A stretch of 64,000 bases of DNA from Clostridia bacterium (GTDB taxonomy: Bacteria > Bacillota > Clostridia > TANB77 > CAG-508). The notes beneath the pieces are model-generated. The model did not search any database, was not told the origin of the DNA, and was given only the letters and a program-made list of their open reading frames with translations. Numbering within the stretch: the stretch's first letter is position 1; each line of letters starts with the position of its first letter. Where the stretch lies: contig JAXJYD010000006.1 of NCBI GenBank assembly GCA_036307105.1, positions 18,050-82,049 of the forward strand. The letters run 5' to 3'. Positions 40,424-53,233 of this stretch are shown piece after piece. The translations under genes and the position numbers were made by a program.

Positions 40424-43400
40424 TTGAATACAAGTAAAGTGTTAAAAATAAATGGTGCAATATTAGACAAGAACCAATTAAAAAATCATTTAGAAAAAAT
40501 AGCATCAGATCATAATTTAGTTAATAAATCAGAAAAGCAGACATATCCAGTACCACATATGTTAGAAAATTTTAAAGTTATTAGACAAGTATATATGTTG
40601 TTAAATGAAGATCTAAAATTAGGTATTAGTATACATCCAGCAGGAGAATGGCTTTTAGATAATTTATATATAATAGAAGAAACTGTTAAACAAATAGAAA
40701 AAGAGTTAACATTAAAAAAATATACAAATTTTTTAGGAATATCAAATGGACAATATAAAGGATTTGCTCGTATTTATGTATTAGCTTCAGAGATAGTAGC
40801 TTATACAGATAATAAAATAGACAGAAAAGATTTAGAAGAATACTTAAAAAGTTATCAAACAAAAAAAACGCTTAGTATGGAAGAAATCTGGAACATAGGA
40901 ATATTTCTTCAAATAGCTATAATAGAAAATATAAGGGAAGTTTGTGAAAAAATATATTCTTCTCAAATCCAAAAATATAAAGCAGAAAACATTGCTGAAA
41001 GATTGATAGAAAATAAAGATAAAACTGAACTAATATTTAATAATAATGGTATAAGAAAAAATAAAAAAAATATATTAGATGATGCACATTATCCTTTTAT
41101 AGAATATATGTCATATATATTAAAACGTTATGGAAAAAGAGGAAATAGCTTTTTAAATGCATTAGAAGAAACTGTAGAGCTAAAAGGAATTACAGTATCA
41201 GATGTTATAAAAAAAGAACATTTTGATATAGCAGTAAGAAAAGTATCAATAGGAAATAGTATTACTAGTATAAAGAAGATTCAAAGAATTAATTTTTTAG
41301 AAATTTTTGAAAAAATAAATGGCGTAGAAGAATTATTAAAAAATGATCCAAGTAAAGTATATGAAAAAATGGACAACAAAACAAAGGAATACTACAGAAA
41401 TAAAATTAAAGAAATTTCTAAAAAAACGAAAATATCTGAGATATATATAACAAGAAAAATATTAGAATTAGCAACAAAAAATTCAAAAATAAGTAAAAAG
41501 GCACATATTGGGTATTATTTAATAGATAAGGGAGTAGGAGATTTATACACTAGCTTAAATTATAAAGCAAAGAAAAAAATTAGCTTAAAGAATAAAACAC
41601 AATTATATATTGGAATTAATTTATTATTAAGCATTGTAATAGCATTAGGTCTGGCCTATTTAATAAATAATAATATTAATAACATATGGATATTTTTAGT
41701 AAGCTTTTTTATTTTTTTAATACCCTCATCTGAAGTTGGAACTCAAGTTATCCAATATGTATTAAGTAAAATCGTAAGACCAAAATTAATACCAAAACTT
41801 GATATGATAAATGGTATAGATAAAGAAAATAGTACAATGGTTGTAATACCAACAATAGTGAAATCAAAAGAAAAAGTTCAGGAATTAATGAAAAAACTAG
41901 AGGTTTTTTATTTAGCAAACAAGTCTCAAAATATCTATTTTACATTACTTGGAGATTGTAGTAGTTGTGATAAAGAAAATGAAGATTTTGATAAAGAAGT
42001 AATTGAAGAAGGAATTAAGCAAGTAGAATATTTAAATAAGAAATATGAAAAAGAACAACAAGATATTCCAAAATTTAATTTTATATATAGAAATAGAATT
42101 TATAATGAAAAAGAGGATTCATATTTAGGTTGGGAAAGAAAAAGAGGATTACTTAATCAATTTAATGAATATATATTAGGAAATTTAGAAAATCCATTTA
42201 GAGAAAATACTATAGAAAGAACCTTAAAAGAGAATATAAAGAAATATATACAATTAGATGTAGGTGAAAAAAGTAATTATTATGAAAATGAAGAAAAGAT
42301 TAAAAATGAAGCTAAGTTGAAACAAGAGCTTAAAAATATTAAATATATTATTACATTAGATTCTGATACGGATTTAATACTAGAATCTGCATTTGAACTT
42401 ATAGGAGCTATGGCACATGTTTTAAATAAACCTGTTATAGATGAAGAAAAAGGCATAATAAATGATGGATATGCAATTATGCAACCAAGAGTAGGTGTTA
42501 ATTTAGATATTAGTTATAAAACATTATTTACTAAAATATTTGCAGGTGCTGGAGGAATAGATTCATATACAAATGCTATATCTGATATATATCAAGATAA
42601 TTTTGGAGAAGGAATATTTACAGGAAAAGGTATATATGATTTAAAAGTTTTTTCTAAAGTACTAAAAGAACAAATTCCAGAAAATACAGTACTTAGTCAT
42701 GATTTATTAGAAGGGTGTTACTTAAGATGTGGTTTAGTATCAGATATTATGCTCATGGATGGATATCCAACTAAATTTAATAGTTTTATAAATCGTTTAT
42801 CTAGATGGATAAGAGGAGATTGGCAAATAGTAAAGTGGCTTAGTAAAAAAAGCCCATTAAATTTATTATCAAAATATAAAATACTTGATAATTTAAGAAG
42901 AAGTTTATTAGAATTTAGTTTAATAGTAAGTATACTTTATTCTAAAATAATAGGTACTATATATGGTAAAGAAGACAATGGGATTACTATATTATTAATT
43001 ACGATAGCAATTATTCCATTTATTTTAGAATTAATAAATATTATAATATTCAAAAAAGAAGGAGAAGAAAAACAAAAAACTTTTACTCCTAAAATTTCAG
43101 GAATAAAGGGAAGTATTTTAAGAGGAATAATAACCTTAGGATGTTTGCCTTTTAAAGCTTATGTATCAATAAAAGCAATATTAGTTACATTGTATAGAGT
43201 TTTAATTAGTCATAAACATTTATTAGAATGGACAACTTCAGAGGAGGCAGAAAAACAATCTAAATCTAGTTTGTTTTCTTATTACAATATGATGAAAGTA
43301 AATATGATTTTAGGTATTTTTTCTGTAATTGTAGCTATAGTAAATAGTAATGTTTTATGGATTTTTTTGGGAATATATATGCTTATAACACCATATTTAA

Positions 43401-46400
43401 TGTATTTTATAAGTAAAGATGAAAAAGACAAGAAAGTAATTAATACATTAAACAAAGAAGATAAACAATATATAAAAGATATAGGTAAACAGACATGGAA
43501 CTTTTTTGAAGAATATTTAACAAAAGAAAACAATTATTTAATACCAGATAATTATCAAGAAGATAGAAAAGAATTGGTAGTTCCTAGAACATCTTCTACA
43601 AATATTGGCTTATCTATGCTTGCAGTAATATCAGCTATAGATTTAGAATATATTGAAAAAGAAAAAGCAATAGAGTTATTAAAAAATATAATACTGTCAG
43701 TTGGAAGTTTACAAAAATGGAATGGTCATTTATACAATTGGTATAATATAAAAACAAAAGAACCACTTATTCCTAGATATATTTCAACTGTAGATAGTGG
43801 AAATTTTGTAGGGTATTTATATGTTGTAAAATCATTTTTAGAAGAATATAAAAAAGAAGAACAAGAAAGAAATAATAATTATAATAGTGAACTTAAAGAT
43901 AATGAAAAAGTAGAAGAAAATAAAATTCAAGATGTAGATTCCTTAATTATTATTGTAAATAAATTAATAGATAATACTGACTTTTCAACTTTATATAATT
44001 ATGAACAACAACTTTTTTCAATCGGATATAATATAGAAGAAAATAAGCTAACAGATTCTTATTATGATTTATTAGCATCTGAAGCAAGACAAGCAAGCTT
44101 AGTAGCAATTGCAAAAAAAGATGTACCATCAAAGCATTGGAATCATTTAAGTAGAACATTGACAATACTTGGGAAATATAAAGGACTTATATCATGGTCT
44201 GGGACAGCTTTTGAGTATTTAATGCCAAATGTTGTAATACGAAAATATAAAGGTAGTTTAATAGATGAGTCAATTAAGTTTATGTTAAAAACTCAGCAAG
44301 AATATGCAAAAAAACTAAATATACCTTGGGGAATTTCAGAAGCTGCTTTTAATTTAAAAGATTTAAAATCCAATTATCAATACAAAGCATTTGGTATTCC
44401 TTGGCTTGGACTAAAAAGAGGCTTGGCTGATGAAATGGTAGTATCAACATATGGTGGAATGTTAGCAATAAATGAAGTTCCAAAAGAAGAAATTCAAAAT
44501 TTAAAAAGATTAGAAATGGAAGGAATGTATGGTAAATATGGCTTTTATGAATCTATTGACTATACGCCAGAAAGAGTAGAAAAAGGAAAAACTTCAAGTG
44601 TTGTAAAAACTTATATGGCACATCATCAAGGGTTAATTCTACTTTCTATTAATAATTTATTTAATAATAATATTTTACAAAAAAGATTAATGAAAAATCC
44701 GGAAATAGAAGCGGTAAGTATTTTATTACAAGAAACTATGCCAGAAAAATCAATTATAACAAAGGAGAAAAAGGAAAAAGTAGAAAAATTAAAATATAAA
44801 GATTATGAAGATTATATAGAAACAACTTATACAAAAATTGATGAAAGATTAATAACAGGAAACTTTATTTCAAATGAAAACTATTTAATAGCAATGAATC
44901 AAAAAGGTGAAGGAGTAAGTAAATATAAAGATTATTATATTAATAGATTTAAACCGACAGATGATTATTCTCAAGGAATATTTTTTGATATAAAAAATAT
45001 AAAAAATAAAAAAATATGGAGCTCAAATTTTAAAGATAATGACTTAAAAGAAACTAAATATAAAATTAGTTTCATGCCAGATAAAGATGAACAAGAAGTA
45101 TTAAATGGAAATATTAAAACTAAAATTAAAACAACAGTTAGTTCAAGTGAACCAGTAGAACTTCGTAGAATAACATTACAAAATTTAGGAACAGAAGAAG
45201 AAATATTAGAAGTAAGTTCATATTTTGAACCGATATTATCTACAAAAGAACAAGATTTTGCACATCCTGTTTTTAATAATTTATTTTTAACTTTTGATTT
45301 TGATGAAGAATTAGGCTGTATAAAAGTAGCTAGAAGAACTAGGAAAATAGATGATAAAAAGTTGTATGCTTATGCTACTTTATCCACAGATTGTGAAACA
45401 GTTGGGGATTTAGAATATGAAATAAATAAAGAAAAGTTTTTAGGAAGAGGAAATTTAAATATTCCACAAATGGTAAAAAATTCTATTCCATTATCTAAAA
45501 AAATAGGATTAGTTACTGAAGGAATTGTAGCATTAAAAAGAACTGTAAAAATTAAACCAGAAGAAGAAATAAATATAGACTTTATCTTATCAATTGGAGA
45601 AGATAAAGAAATAGTTAAAAAAAATATACAAAAATATAAAACTTCTGAAAATATAAAAAATGAATTTGATATCTCAAAAGCAAGAGTTCAAGCAGAAAGT
45701 AGATACTTAAGAATGAAAGGAAAGCAAATTGCTTTATATCAAAAAATGTTATCATATATTGTTTTTGACAATCCAGTAAAAAGCCAAAGGATAGAAAAAG
45801 ATGAAGAACCAATATATAAACAAGAAGAGTTATGGAAATATGGAATATCAGGGGATTTACCAATTATCTTAGTTAAAATAAGAGATGTTAATGATAGTTA
45901 TGTAGTTAAAGAAGTTTTAAAAGCATATGAATTTTTTAGAACAAAAAATATACAAATAGAAATAGTGATTTTAGATGAAGAAAAACATAGCTATGAAAAC
46001 TATGTTAAAGAAGAAATAGAAAGTAGCATATTATCTGAACAAATTGCATATTTAAAAAATATAAAAGGCGGAATATTTACTTTATCAAAAGGAGAAATAA
46101 ATAAAAAAGATATTGATTTATTAGAATTTATATCTGCAATAACTATTGATAGTAAAAAAGGTGGTATAGAAAATAATATAAAAGATATAGAAGATGAATA
46201 CTTAGAAAAATATAAGATAATAGGAGAAGATAAGAAGGTTATACTACCTATAGTAGAAGAAAAAGATGATATAGATATTTTAAATAATACAGAAAAGCTA
46301 AAGTATTACAATGAGTATGGAGCTTTTTCAGAAGATGGAAAAGAATATTTTATAAAGGTAAATAAAGAAAATAGACTTCCAACTGTATGGAGTCATATTA

Positions 46401-48259
46401 TGGCAAATGAGAAATTTGGTACAGTAGTTACTGAAAACATGGGAGGATATAGTTGGTTTAAAAATAGCAGACTAAATAGAGTATCAGTATGGAATAATAA
46501 TCCTTGTTTAGACATACCAAGCGAAATTATATATTTAAAAGATATGAATAGTAAAGAGACATGGTCACTAGGTTTAATTCCAGAACCAGATGAAAAAAAT
46601 TATAATATTGTATATGGATTTGGGTATGCAAAATATATTCATAAAAGTAATGGAATAGAACAAAAATTAACGCAATTTGTACCAAGAGAAGATTCTTGTA
46701 AAATAGGAGTATTAAATTTAAAAAATAATACCCCAAACAAAAAGAAGGTCAAATTATATTACTATATAAAACCAGTGCTTGGAGAAGATGAAATAAAATC
46801 AAATGGATATATTAAAACTAAATTTGATAAGAACAATAATTTAGTAATAGCTAAAAATTTATATGGCAATGAAGAAGAAAATATAAAAGCATATATATCT
46901 TCTAGTGAAAAGATATTATCTTATACAGGTGATAAAAATTTCTTTCTAGGAAAAGGTGGAATTGAAAATCCAGATGGACTAAAGAAAGTTTATCTAAACA
47001 ATCAAAATGGTTTAGGTAAAAAAGCTTGTATTGGTTATGAAGTTGAAATAGAACTTGAAAGTTTTGCAAATAAAGAAATATCTATAGTCTTAGGTGCTGA
47101 AGAAAATATTATTGATTGTAAAAATATTGCTTATAAATATAGTAAAGTATCAAATTGCAAAGAAGAATTAGAAAATGTAAAAAATTATTGGAAAGAGTTA
47201 CTTGGAAGACTACAAGTATATACTCCATTAGAGTCAACTAATATTATTTTAAATGGTTGGATACCTTATCAAACAATTACTAGTAGATTAATAGGAAGAA
47301 GCGGATATTATCAATCAGGTGGTGCAGTAGGATTTAGAGATCAATTACAAGATACTTTAGGAATGAAATACTTAAATCCAGAGCTATTAAAAAATCAAAT
47401 TATAAAAAACAGTAAACATCAATTTATGGAAGGAGATGTTCTACACTGGTGGCATGAAGAAACAGGACGTGGTATTAGAACCAAATTTTCTGATGACTTA
47501 CTTTGGCTTGCTTTTGCAGTTATAGAATATATAAAATTTACAGGAGACAAGTCGATCTTAGAGATAGAAACACCATATTTAATAGGAGATTTATTAGAAG
47601 AAAATCAAGATGAAAAATATGATAAATACATGCAAGGAACTGTTAAAGAGAGCATTTATATGCATTGCATAAGAGCAATTAATAAAAGCTTGAATTTTGG
47701 AGAAAATGGATTACCTAAAATAGGTACAGGAGATTGGAATGATGGATTTAGTACAGTTGGAAATAAAGGAAAAGGGGAAAGCATTTGGCTTGGATTTTTC
47801 TTATACAAAATATTAAATGATTTTATAACAATTTGTAAAGAAAGCGGAGAAAATGATAGGGCAAACAAATATCAAGAAATTAAAGAAAAGCTAAAAAGAT
47901 CATTAAACACAGCAGGATGGGATGGAAGATGGTTTAGAAGAGCCTTTATGGATGATGGGAATGTACTAGGAAGTATGGAAAATGATGAATGTAGAATAGA
48001 TAGTATCGCACAAAGTTGGAGTGTAATATCAAATGCAGGTGACAATGATAAAAAATTTATTTCTATGGAAAGTTTAGAAAATCATTTAATTGATAAAGAA
48101 AATGGAATTGTAAAATTACTAGACCCTCCTTTTGAAAAAGGAAAACTACAGCCAGGTTATATTAAAGGATATTTACCAGGTGTAAGAGAAAATGGTGGAC
48201 AATACACACATGAGTATTATTCTTGTGGACAGTTTTCAGCAAATATGCTTGAAATCTAG
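40424..48259 (+). pseudogene. Giant cyclic beta-1,2-glucan synthase-like protein (GT2/GT84 plus GH94 phosphorylase), 5' 2,600 codons, truncated by a mobile-element insertion at ~48213
   Basis: GT2 D,D motif IITLDSDTDL plus Q..RW; GH94 motifs GTGDWNDGF and RENGGQYTH; after QYTH the ORF runs into foreign sequence (EYYSCGQFSANMLEI*) instead of the conserved AIW.IIAE.LLG continuation, which is found at 59689. Confidence 0.75.
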
Positions 48260-48415
48260 GCAAAATAAAAAAATGTACATAACAGCAATACACCTATAAA
48301 ATATTGATACTCTTACATAGAAACACCAGATATTTGACAAAAGTCGAAAAAAATGCTAAAATATTACTAAAATATGAACAAAATATAAAAATAATCATAA
48401 AATAGTAATAAAGAG

Positions 48416-49072
48416 GTGAGAAAAATGAATTGCTATAATATGGTGTTAGAATATATAAATAAAAATGAAAAAGGGATACCGATTTTTATTGAGGAAATTA
48501 AAGAATACATTATTAAATTCTATAATGAAAAAGATAAAGAAAAGGTTTTCAATAATGTTAAAGCAATTTTAAATAGAATGAATAAAGAAGGTATAATAGA
48601 AACAGCATATAAAGGTATTTATTATATTCCAAATGAAAATATATTTGGTAAGATGTTATTAGGAAATAGACAAATCATTCAATATAAATATATAATGGAC
48701 AAAGATGGAAATGTAAAAGGATATGTTACTGGAGCTAAACTTTTTAATGAAGCTCATTTAACAACACAAGTTCCAAACATTATAGATATTGCAACAAATG
48801 AATGTAAGAACTTTAATAAATATGAAAACAAGAACTTAAATGTTATAATTAGAAAACCGAAGATGGCGATAAATAATGAGAATTATAAATATTTACAATT
48901 ATTTGATTTGATAGAAAACAAAGATAATATAGGAATTGAAGTAGATAATCCAGATGAAATAATTTATAACTTTATTGAAGAAAATAATTTAGATTTTGAA
49001 AAAATAATTAAATATGCTATGGATACAAAAAGTAGAACAGTTATTAATAAAATACTTGCCCTAGCAAGATAG
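48416..49072 (+). CDS. Putative AbiEi-family (type IV TA) antitoxin-like wHTH protein
   Basis: 218 aa immediately upstream of an AbiEii-like nucleotidyltransferase; N-terminal wHTH-like region; assigned mainly by context. Confidence 0.35.
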   Translation: MRKMNCYNMVLEYINKNEKGIPIFIEEIKEYIIKFYNEKDKEKVFNNVKAILNRMNKEGIIETAYKGIYYIPNENIFGKMLLGNRQIIQYKYIMDKDGNVKGYVTGAKLFNEAHLTTQVPNIIDIATNECKNFNKYENKNLNVIIRKPKMAINNENYKYLQLFDLIENKDNIGIEVDNPDEIIYNFIEENNLDFEKIIKYAMDTKSRTVINKILALAR

Positions 49073-49077
49073 GGGAG

Positions 49078-49198
49078 TTTGAAAAATAATTGCGTTTTGG
49101 CGTTGTTGGACTTCGTTTCGAAAGATGCTCATGTACAAAAGTACACTCCGCTCTTTCTCACTTGTCCGCCTAGCCAAAAGCACAATTCTTTTCCAAAC
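49078..49198 (+). repeat. Structured repeat element, copy 3 (~121 nt), between abiEi-like and abiEii-like
   Basis: tttgaaaaataattgcgttttggcgttgttggac...gtccgcctagccaaaagcacaattcttttccaaac; the central hairpin tgtac-aaaa-gtaca covaries with copies 1 and 2. Confidence 0.7.
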
Positions 49199-49230
49199 TG
49201 ATTTGTGCCAATGGAAAGGAGAGAAAAAAG

Positions 49231-50175
49231 TTGAATTTACATTTAAATAAAGAATTATTTAGAGAATTTATAGATAACTTAAATACAAAAACAGGAATAG
49301 ATTCTGATATTATTGAAAAAGATTATTATGTATGTACAATATTGAAAGAATTATCAAAAAATCAAGATGAATTACAAGCATATTTTAAAGGTGGAACAGC
49401 AGTATATAAAATATTAGATACAATGAATAGATTTTCAGAAGATATAGATTTAACAGTAAAAGTTCTTCCTGAACAATCAAATACAAAAAATAAAAATAGA
49501 CTAAAGGAGTCAGCTCTAGGTTATGAAATAGAAGGTTTGGAATTATCAAAAGATGAGTGCTTTGATAATAAAGGAAGTGTTACAGGAATATACAGATACA
49601 ATTCTATTTACGATACTAGCAAAGATCCACTACATAGAGCAGGAATTATACAAGTAGAAGCAACATCTTTTACTGTTAGTGAGCCGTACAAAAGATATAA
49701 TATTGAGCCACTTATATATAAACTAGCCAATGAAAATGAAAGAAAAATATTAAAAGAGCAATTTGAAATATCAAATTTTGATATAAACATTATAAAGTTA
49801 GAAAGAATGTTTATAGATAAGGTTTTTGCAGCAGAATTTTATTATATTAGAAATATGTATAAAGATACATCAAAGCATTTGTATGATATTACAATACTAG
49901 CACAAACAAAGGAAATTAAAGAATTGTTACAAAACAAAGAAGAACTAGAAAAACTAATTTCATATAAAAGGCAAGAGGAGAGCATTAGAAAAGGTGGAAT
50001 TGATGCTGGTTTGAAAATTAAAGACTTCACCTATTTAAAACAAGACTTTAATGAGGAATTATTAAAGGAATTTGAAAATATGCAAAACAAATATGTATTA
50101 AATGATAAATATAAAATAGAAATCAGTGAAGTGAAGAATACCTTAAATGAAATAATAAACAATAAAAATATATAA
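49231..50175 (+). CDS. Nucleotidyltransferase AbiEii/AbiGii toxin-family protein
   Basis: FKGGTAVYKIL...RFSEDIDL nucleotidyltransferase motif; TTG start after ggaaaggagag. Confidence 0.5.
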   Translation: MNLHLNKELFREFIDNLNTKTGIDSDIIEKDYYVCTILKELSKNQDELQAYFKGGTAVYKILDTMNRFSEDIDLTVKVLPEQSNTKNKNRLKESALGYEIEGLELSKDECFDNKGSVTGIYRYNSIYDTSKDPLHRAGIIQVEATSFTVSEPYKRYNIEPLIYKLANENERKILKEQFEISNFDINIIKLERMFIDKVFAAEFYYIRNMYKDTSKHLYDITILAQTKEIKELLQNKEELEKLISYKRQEESIRKGGIDAGLKIKDFTYLKQDFNEELLKEFENMQNKYVLNDKYKIEISEVKNTLNEIINNKNI

Positions 50176-50217
50176 AAGAAAATCTTTTGAAATGTAGATA
50201 GAAAAGGAGCAAATAAT

Positions 50218-51795
50218 ATGGAAATAAATGAAATAGTGGAAAAATTAAAATACTATACAGAAGATTTACCAAAAGAGGCACTAAAAGAAGCAATTAAAAA
50301 CAAAGAAGAAATAACGCCAAAATTATTGGAAATGTTAGAATATACAAAGAATAATCTTGAAAAAATTTATTATGAAGAAGATGAATTTTTTGGCTATAAT
50401 TATGCTATGTTTTTACTTGCAGAATTTAAAGAAACAAGAGCTTTTCCATATTTAATAGATTTAATAAATAGAGATAAAGAAGAAAATGAAGATATAGTTG
50501 ATTATATTATAGGAGATGATTATCCTGAATATTTACCAAGACTTTTAGCAAGTACATACAATGGAGATGACAAAGCATTATTTGATATAATTGAAAATAC
50601 TGATTTAAATGAATTTATAAGAAGCAGTGTACTTCAAACTTTTGCAATTTTATATCTTAATGGTATAAAAGATAGAGATTTTATAGTAAATTACTTTAAA
50701 AAATTATTAGAAGATAAAAAAGAGGAAGATAATTCATATTTGTATGAAGAAATTTTTGTGGAAGTAGAACATCTAAGATTGATAGAATTAGATGGAATTA
50801 TAGACAAGATATTCAATCTTATAGAGGATAAAACAGAAATACAAGAATTAAAAGATGTATTTGCAAATGAAAATTATAAGATTAACCAAAATTTGTATCC
50901 ATTCAAGCCTTGTTATGAATATATATATGATACAATAGGAATAATGGAAGAGTGGCAATGCTTTAGATATAGAGAAGATGAAGAATATGAACAGTCTGAT
51001 GATTATAAAGTTTGTGAATATATAATATCCAATAGGGCAAATAATATAGAAAATAATCATGATTTAAGAAGAAATGATTTATGCTATTGCGGAAGCGGTA
51101 AGAAATATAAAAAATGTTGCATGAATAAGAATAAATCAAAAGATATTGAAAAATTAGATTTTATAGATCATTGTATATCTAAAGCTGAATGGTATCTAAA
51201 AAGAAAAGAGACGAAAAAAGGTCATGCTTTATATAGAATGGCTTGGTTTGATGTTAAAGATATATGTAAAGAAAATAACATTAAGAGCATAAGTGAATAT
51301 GACGAAAAATATGAAGGATATGATAGTTTGTTAAATTGGCTTCAGGATTATGATAACTTATTAGAAATGTGTGATGAAGAAGATAAATTATTTGAAAGAC
51401 TTGAATTATGGGACAGTGTAGAAGAAATATTTGATTTAAGCAATGAGATTAATTTGTATTGGAAAGAAAGAACTACTAGAGAAAAGGCAAATACAGAATT
51501 TAGATTAGGTAATGAAGAAAAAGCAACTAAAATAATTGAAGAATATTTAATTGAAAAAGAAAATTGGGTATGGGGATATATTGAAATGGCAGATTGGTAT
51601 GACAATAAGAGAGATGCAGAACACTATAATTTAGAAAAAGCAAAAAATATTCTTTTAAAAACAGAACAAATTAAAGATATAGAAGATATGGATGCAGTAT
51701 ACGAAAGATTAGAAAGCATATATGATAAATTAGGAGATAAGGAAAAATCAAAAGAATATGCTAAAAAATGGGATGAATATGTGCATAAAAAATAA
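50218..51795 (+). CDS. SEC-C motif (CxC..GKKYKKCC) domain protein, DUF1186-like
   Basis: LCYCGSGKKYKKCC metal-binding SEC-C motif mid-protein; acidic helical repeats. Confidence 0.45.
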   Translation: MEINEIVEKLKYYTEDLPKEALKEAIKNKEEITPKLLEMLEYTKNNLEKIYYEEDEFFGYNYAMFLLAEFKETRAFPYLIDLINRDKEENEDIVDYIIGDDYPEYLPRLLASTYNGDDKALFDIIENTDLNEFIRSSVLQTFAILYLNGIKDRDFIVNYFKKLLEDKKEEDNSYLYEEIFVEVEHLRLIELDGIIDKIFNLIEDKTEIQELKDVFANENYKINQNLYPFKPCYEYIYDTIGIMEEWQCFRYREDEEYEQSDDYKVCEYIISNRANNIENNHDLRRNDLCYCGSGKKYKKCCMNKNKSKDIEKLDFIDHCISKAEWYLKRKETKKGHALYRMAWFDVKDICKENNIKSISEYDEKYEGYDSLLNWLQDYDNLLEMCDEEDKLFERLELWDSVEEIFDLSNEINLYWKERTTREKANTEFRLGNEEKATKIIEEYLIEKENWVWGYIEMADWYDNKRDAEHYNLEKAKNILLKTEQIKDIEDMDAVYERLESIYDKLGDKEKSKEYAKKWDEYVHKK

Positions 51796-51813
51796 GTGTA
51801 GAAGGAGTAGAAT

Positions 51814-52215
51814 ATGGTTACATTATCTAAAATAATAGATGGATTAGAAATGGTAGATGATATTGTTGATTGTTATTACAATCCAGAAAAAGACGAAATA
51901 TTTTTATCAAATATAGGAGAAGATGGAAATTTAACAGAAGATGAAATTGATGAATTATTTGAAGAATCGATAATACTACCTACAAAATATGAGATAAATG
52001 AATATCAAATGATGGGTGATTTTATAGAAACAATAGAATCCCCAGAAATAAACAATAATTTACAACGATTAATACAAGGTAAAGGTGCATTTAGAAGATT
52101 TAAAGATTATTGTGCAGAAATGGATATAATTCAAGACTGGTATAAATTTAGAGATGAAAGATATAAAGAAATAGCAATTGATTGGTGCAAACAAAATGAA
52201 TTGGAATATAAGTAA
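51814..52215 (+). CDS. Small acidic hypothetical protein (UPF0158-like, GKGAFRRFKD motif)
   Basis: 133 aa ORF with an RBS; RLIQGKGAFRRFKDY is reminiscent of UPF0158. Confidence 0.35.
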   Translation: MVTLSKIIDGLEMVDDIVDCYYNPEKDEIFLSNIGEDGNLTEDEIDELFEESIILPTKYEINEYQMMGDFIETIESPEINNNLQRLIQGKGAFRRFKDYCAEMDIIQDWYKFRDERYKEIAIDWCKQNELEYK

Positions 52216-52329
52216 ATATTAAAATGTGAAACAAAATTACATAAAAACAGTAAAAAAGTTTCACATTTGAGATAAGCCTTAAGAGAAAAATCTTAGGGTT
52301 TATTTTTTTGCCTTAAAACTATATTTAAT

Positions 52330-52920
52330 GTGAATAAAAATGCCACAGAATTGATTGTGAGAAGAATTAAAAATAGAAAGGAGAGTTATATGAGCAAACA
52401 AAAATTAAAGGGATTATGGATTCCAGCAGAAATTTTATTAAACAATGATTTATCAGACAAGGAAAAAATAATATTATCAATGATTTTATATTTAAGTGAT
52501 GAAACAGGAAGTTGTTTTGCAAGCAATAAATATATAGCAAGTATTGTAAATGTAACCTCCGACAGAGTTTCAAAAATAGTAAGTTCATTAAAAGAAAAAG
52601 GATATGTAGATGTTAATATAAAATATAAAATATAAAATAGATACCAAAGAAATTGAGGAGAGACAAATCATACCTATTGCAAAAAGTATTAATAGGTATA
52701 GTGAAAAATACCTAGAGGGTATAGATAAAAATAACTATTCAGGTAGTCAAAAAGAACTACACCCTATAGGTGAAAACGACAAAGATATAATAAATAATAT
52801 AAAAAATAAAAATAATTATAATAAGGAATCACAAATCAAAAAGAATAATAAAGCTAACTTTGAACAGCGAGATTATACTGGCTTTGACTTTACTAAACTA
52901 TATGCAAATGCTGATGCTTT
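52330..52920 (+). pseudogene. Replication-initiator/DnaD-like HTH gene remnant broken into at least three frames
   Basis: Frame 1 encodes a wHTH (KGLWIPAEILLNNDLSDKEKIILSMILYLSD...) ending in an (AATATAAA)3 tract; downstream in other frames are ...IPIAK / SINRYSEKYLEGIDKNNYS / GSQKELHPIGEN...ANFEQRDYTGFDFTKLYANADAFL*, the conserved C-terminal NFEQR(D/E)Y signature of such initiators. Confidence 0.4.
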
Positions 52921-52949
52921 TTTATAGTTACATACATTTGCATATATAA

Positions 52950-53000
52950 AATCAGCTACTAGGGTAGAAAACTACTTTGGAGCTGATTTTTTTATCCTAA
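52950..53000 (+). terminator. Terminator hairpin
   Basis: aaatcagctactagggtagaaaactactttggagctgattttttt. Confidence 0.5.
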
Positions 53001-53084
53001 AATTGCAATAAAGCAAATTTAGGATAAAGCAAAAAAATATTGTGAAATATTTTTTGCAAAATGGGGTGTGGGGAAAAGTTTTTC

Positions 53085-53150
53085 CCTGCCACAACTAACA
53101 CTTTTTGCGATTAGCATAAAAAAGTGTTGTAGTTGTGTTACAAGACAAAT
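53085..53150 (+). promoter_or_regulatory. Candidate oriT (inverted repeat) upstream of mobV
   Basis: cacaactaacactttt ...gcgattagcataa... aaaagtgttgtagttgtg; a 16-bp near-perfect inverted repeat about 90 nt upstream of the relaxase start, the usual location for MobV-family oriT. Confidence 0.45.
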
Positions 53151-53233
53151 GAAAAAGAGCAGATTTTTAGAAATAATATGTCTTATTAGTTAGCAAGTTA
53201 AAGAAGAATTAATTTAAAGGAGGATGATGAAAA

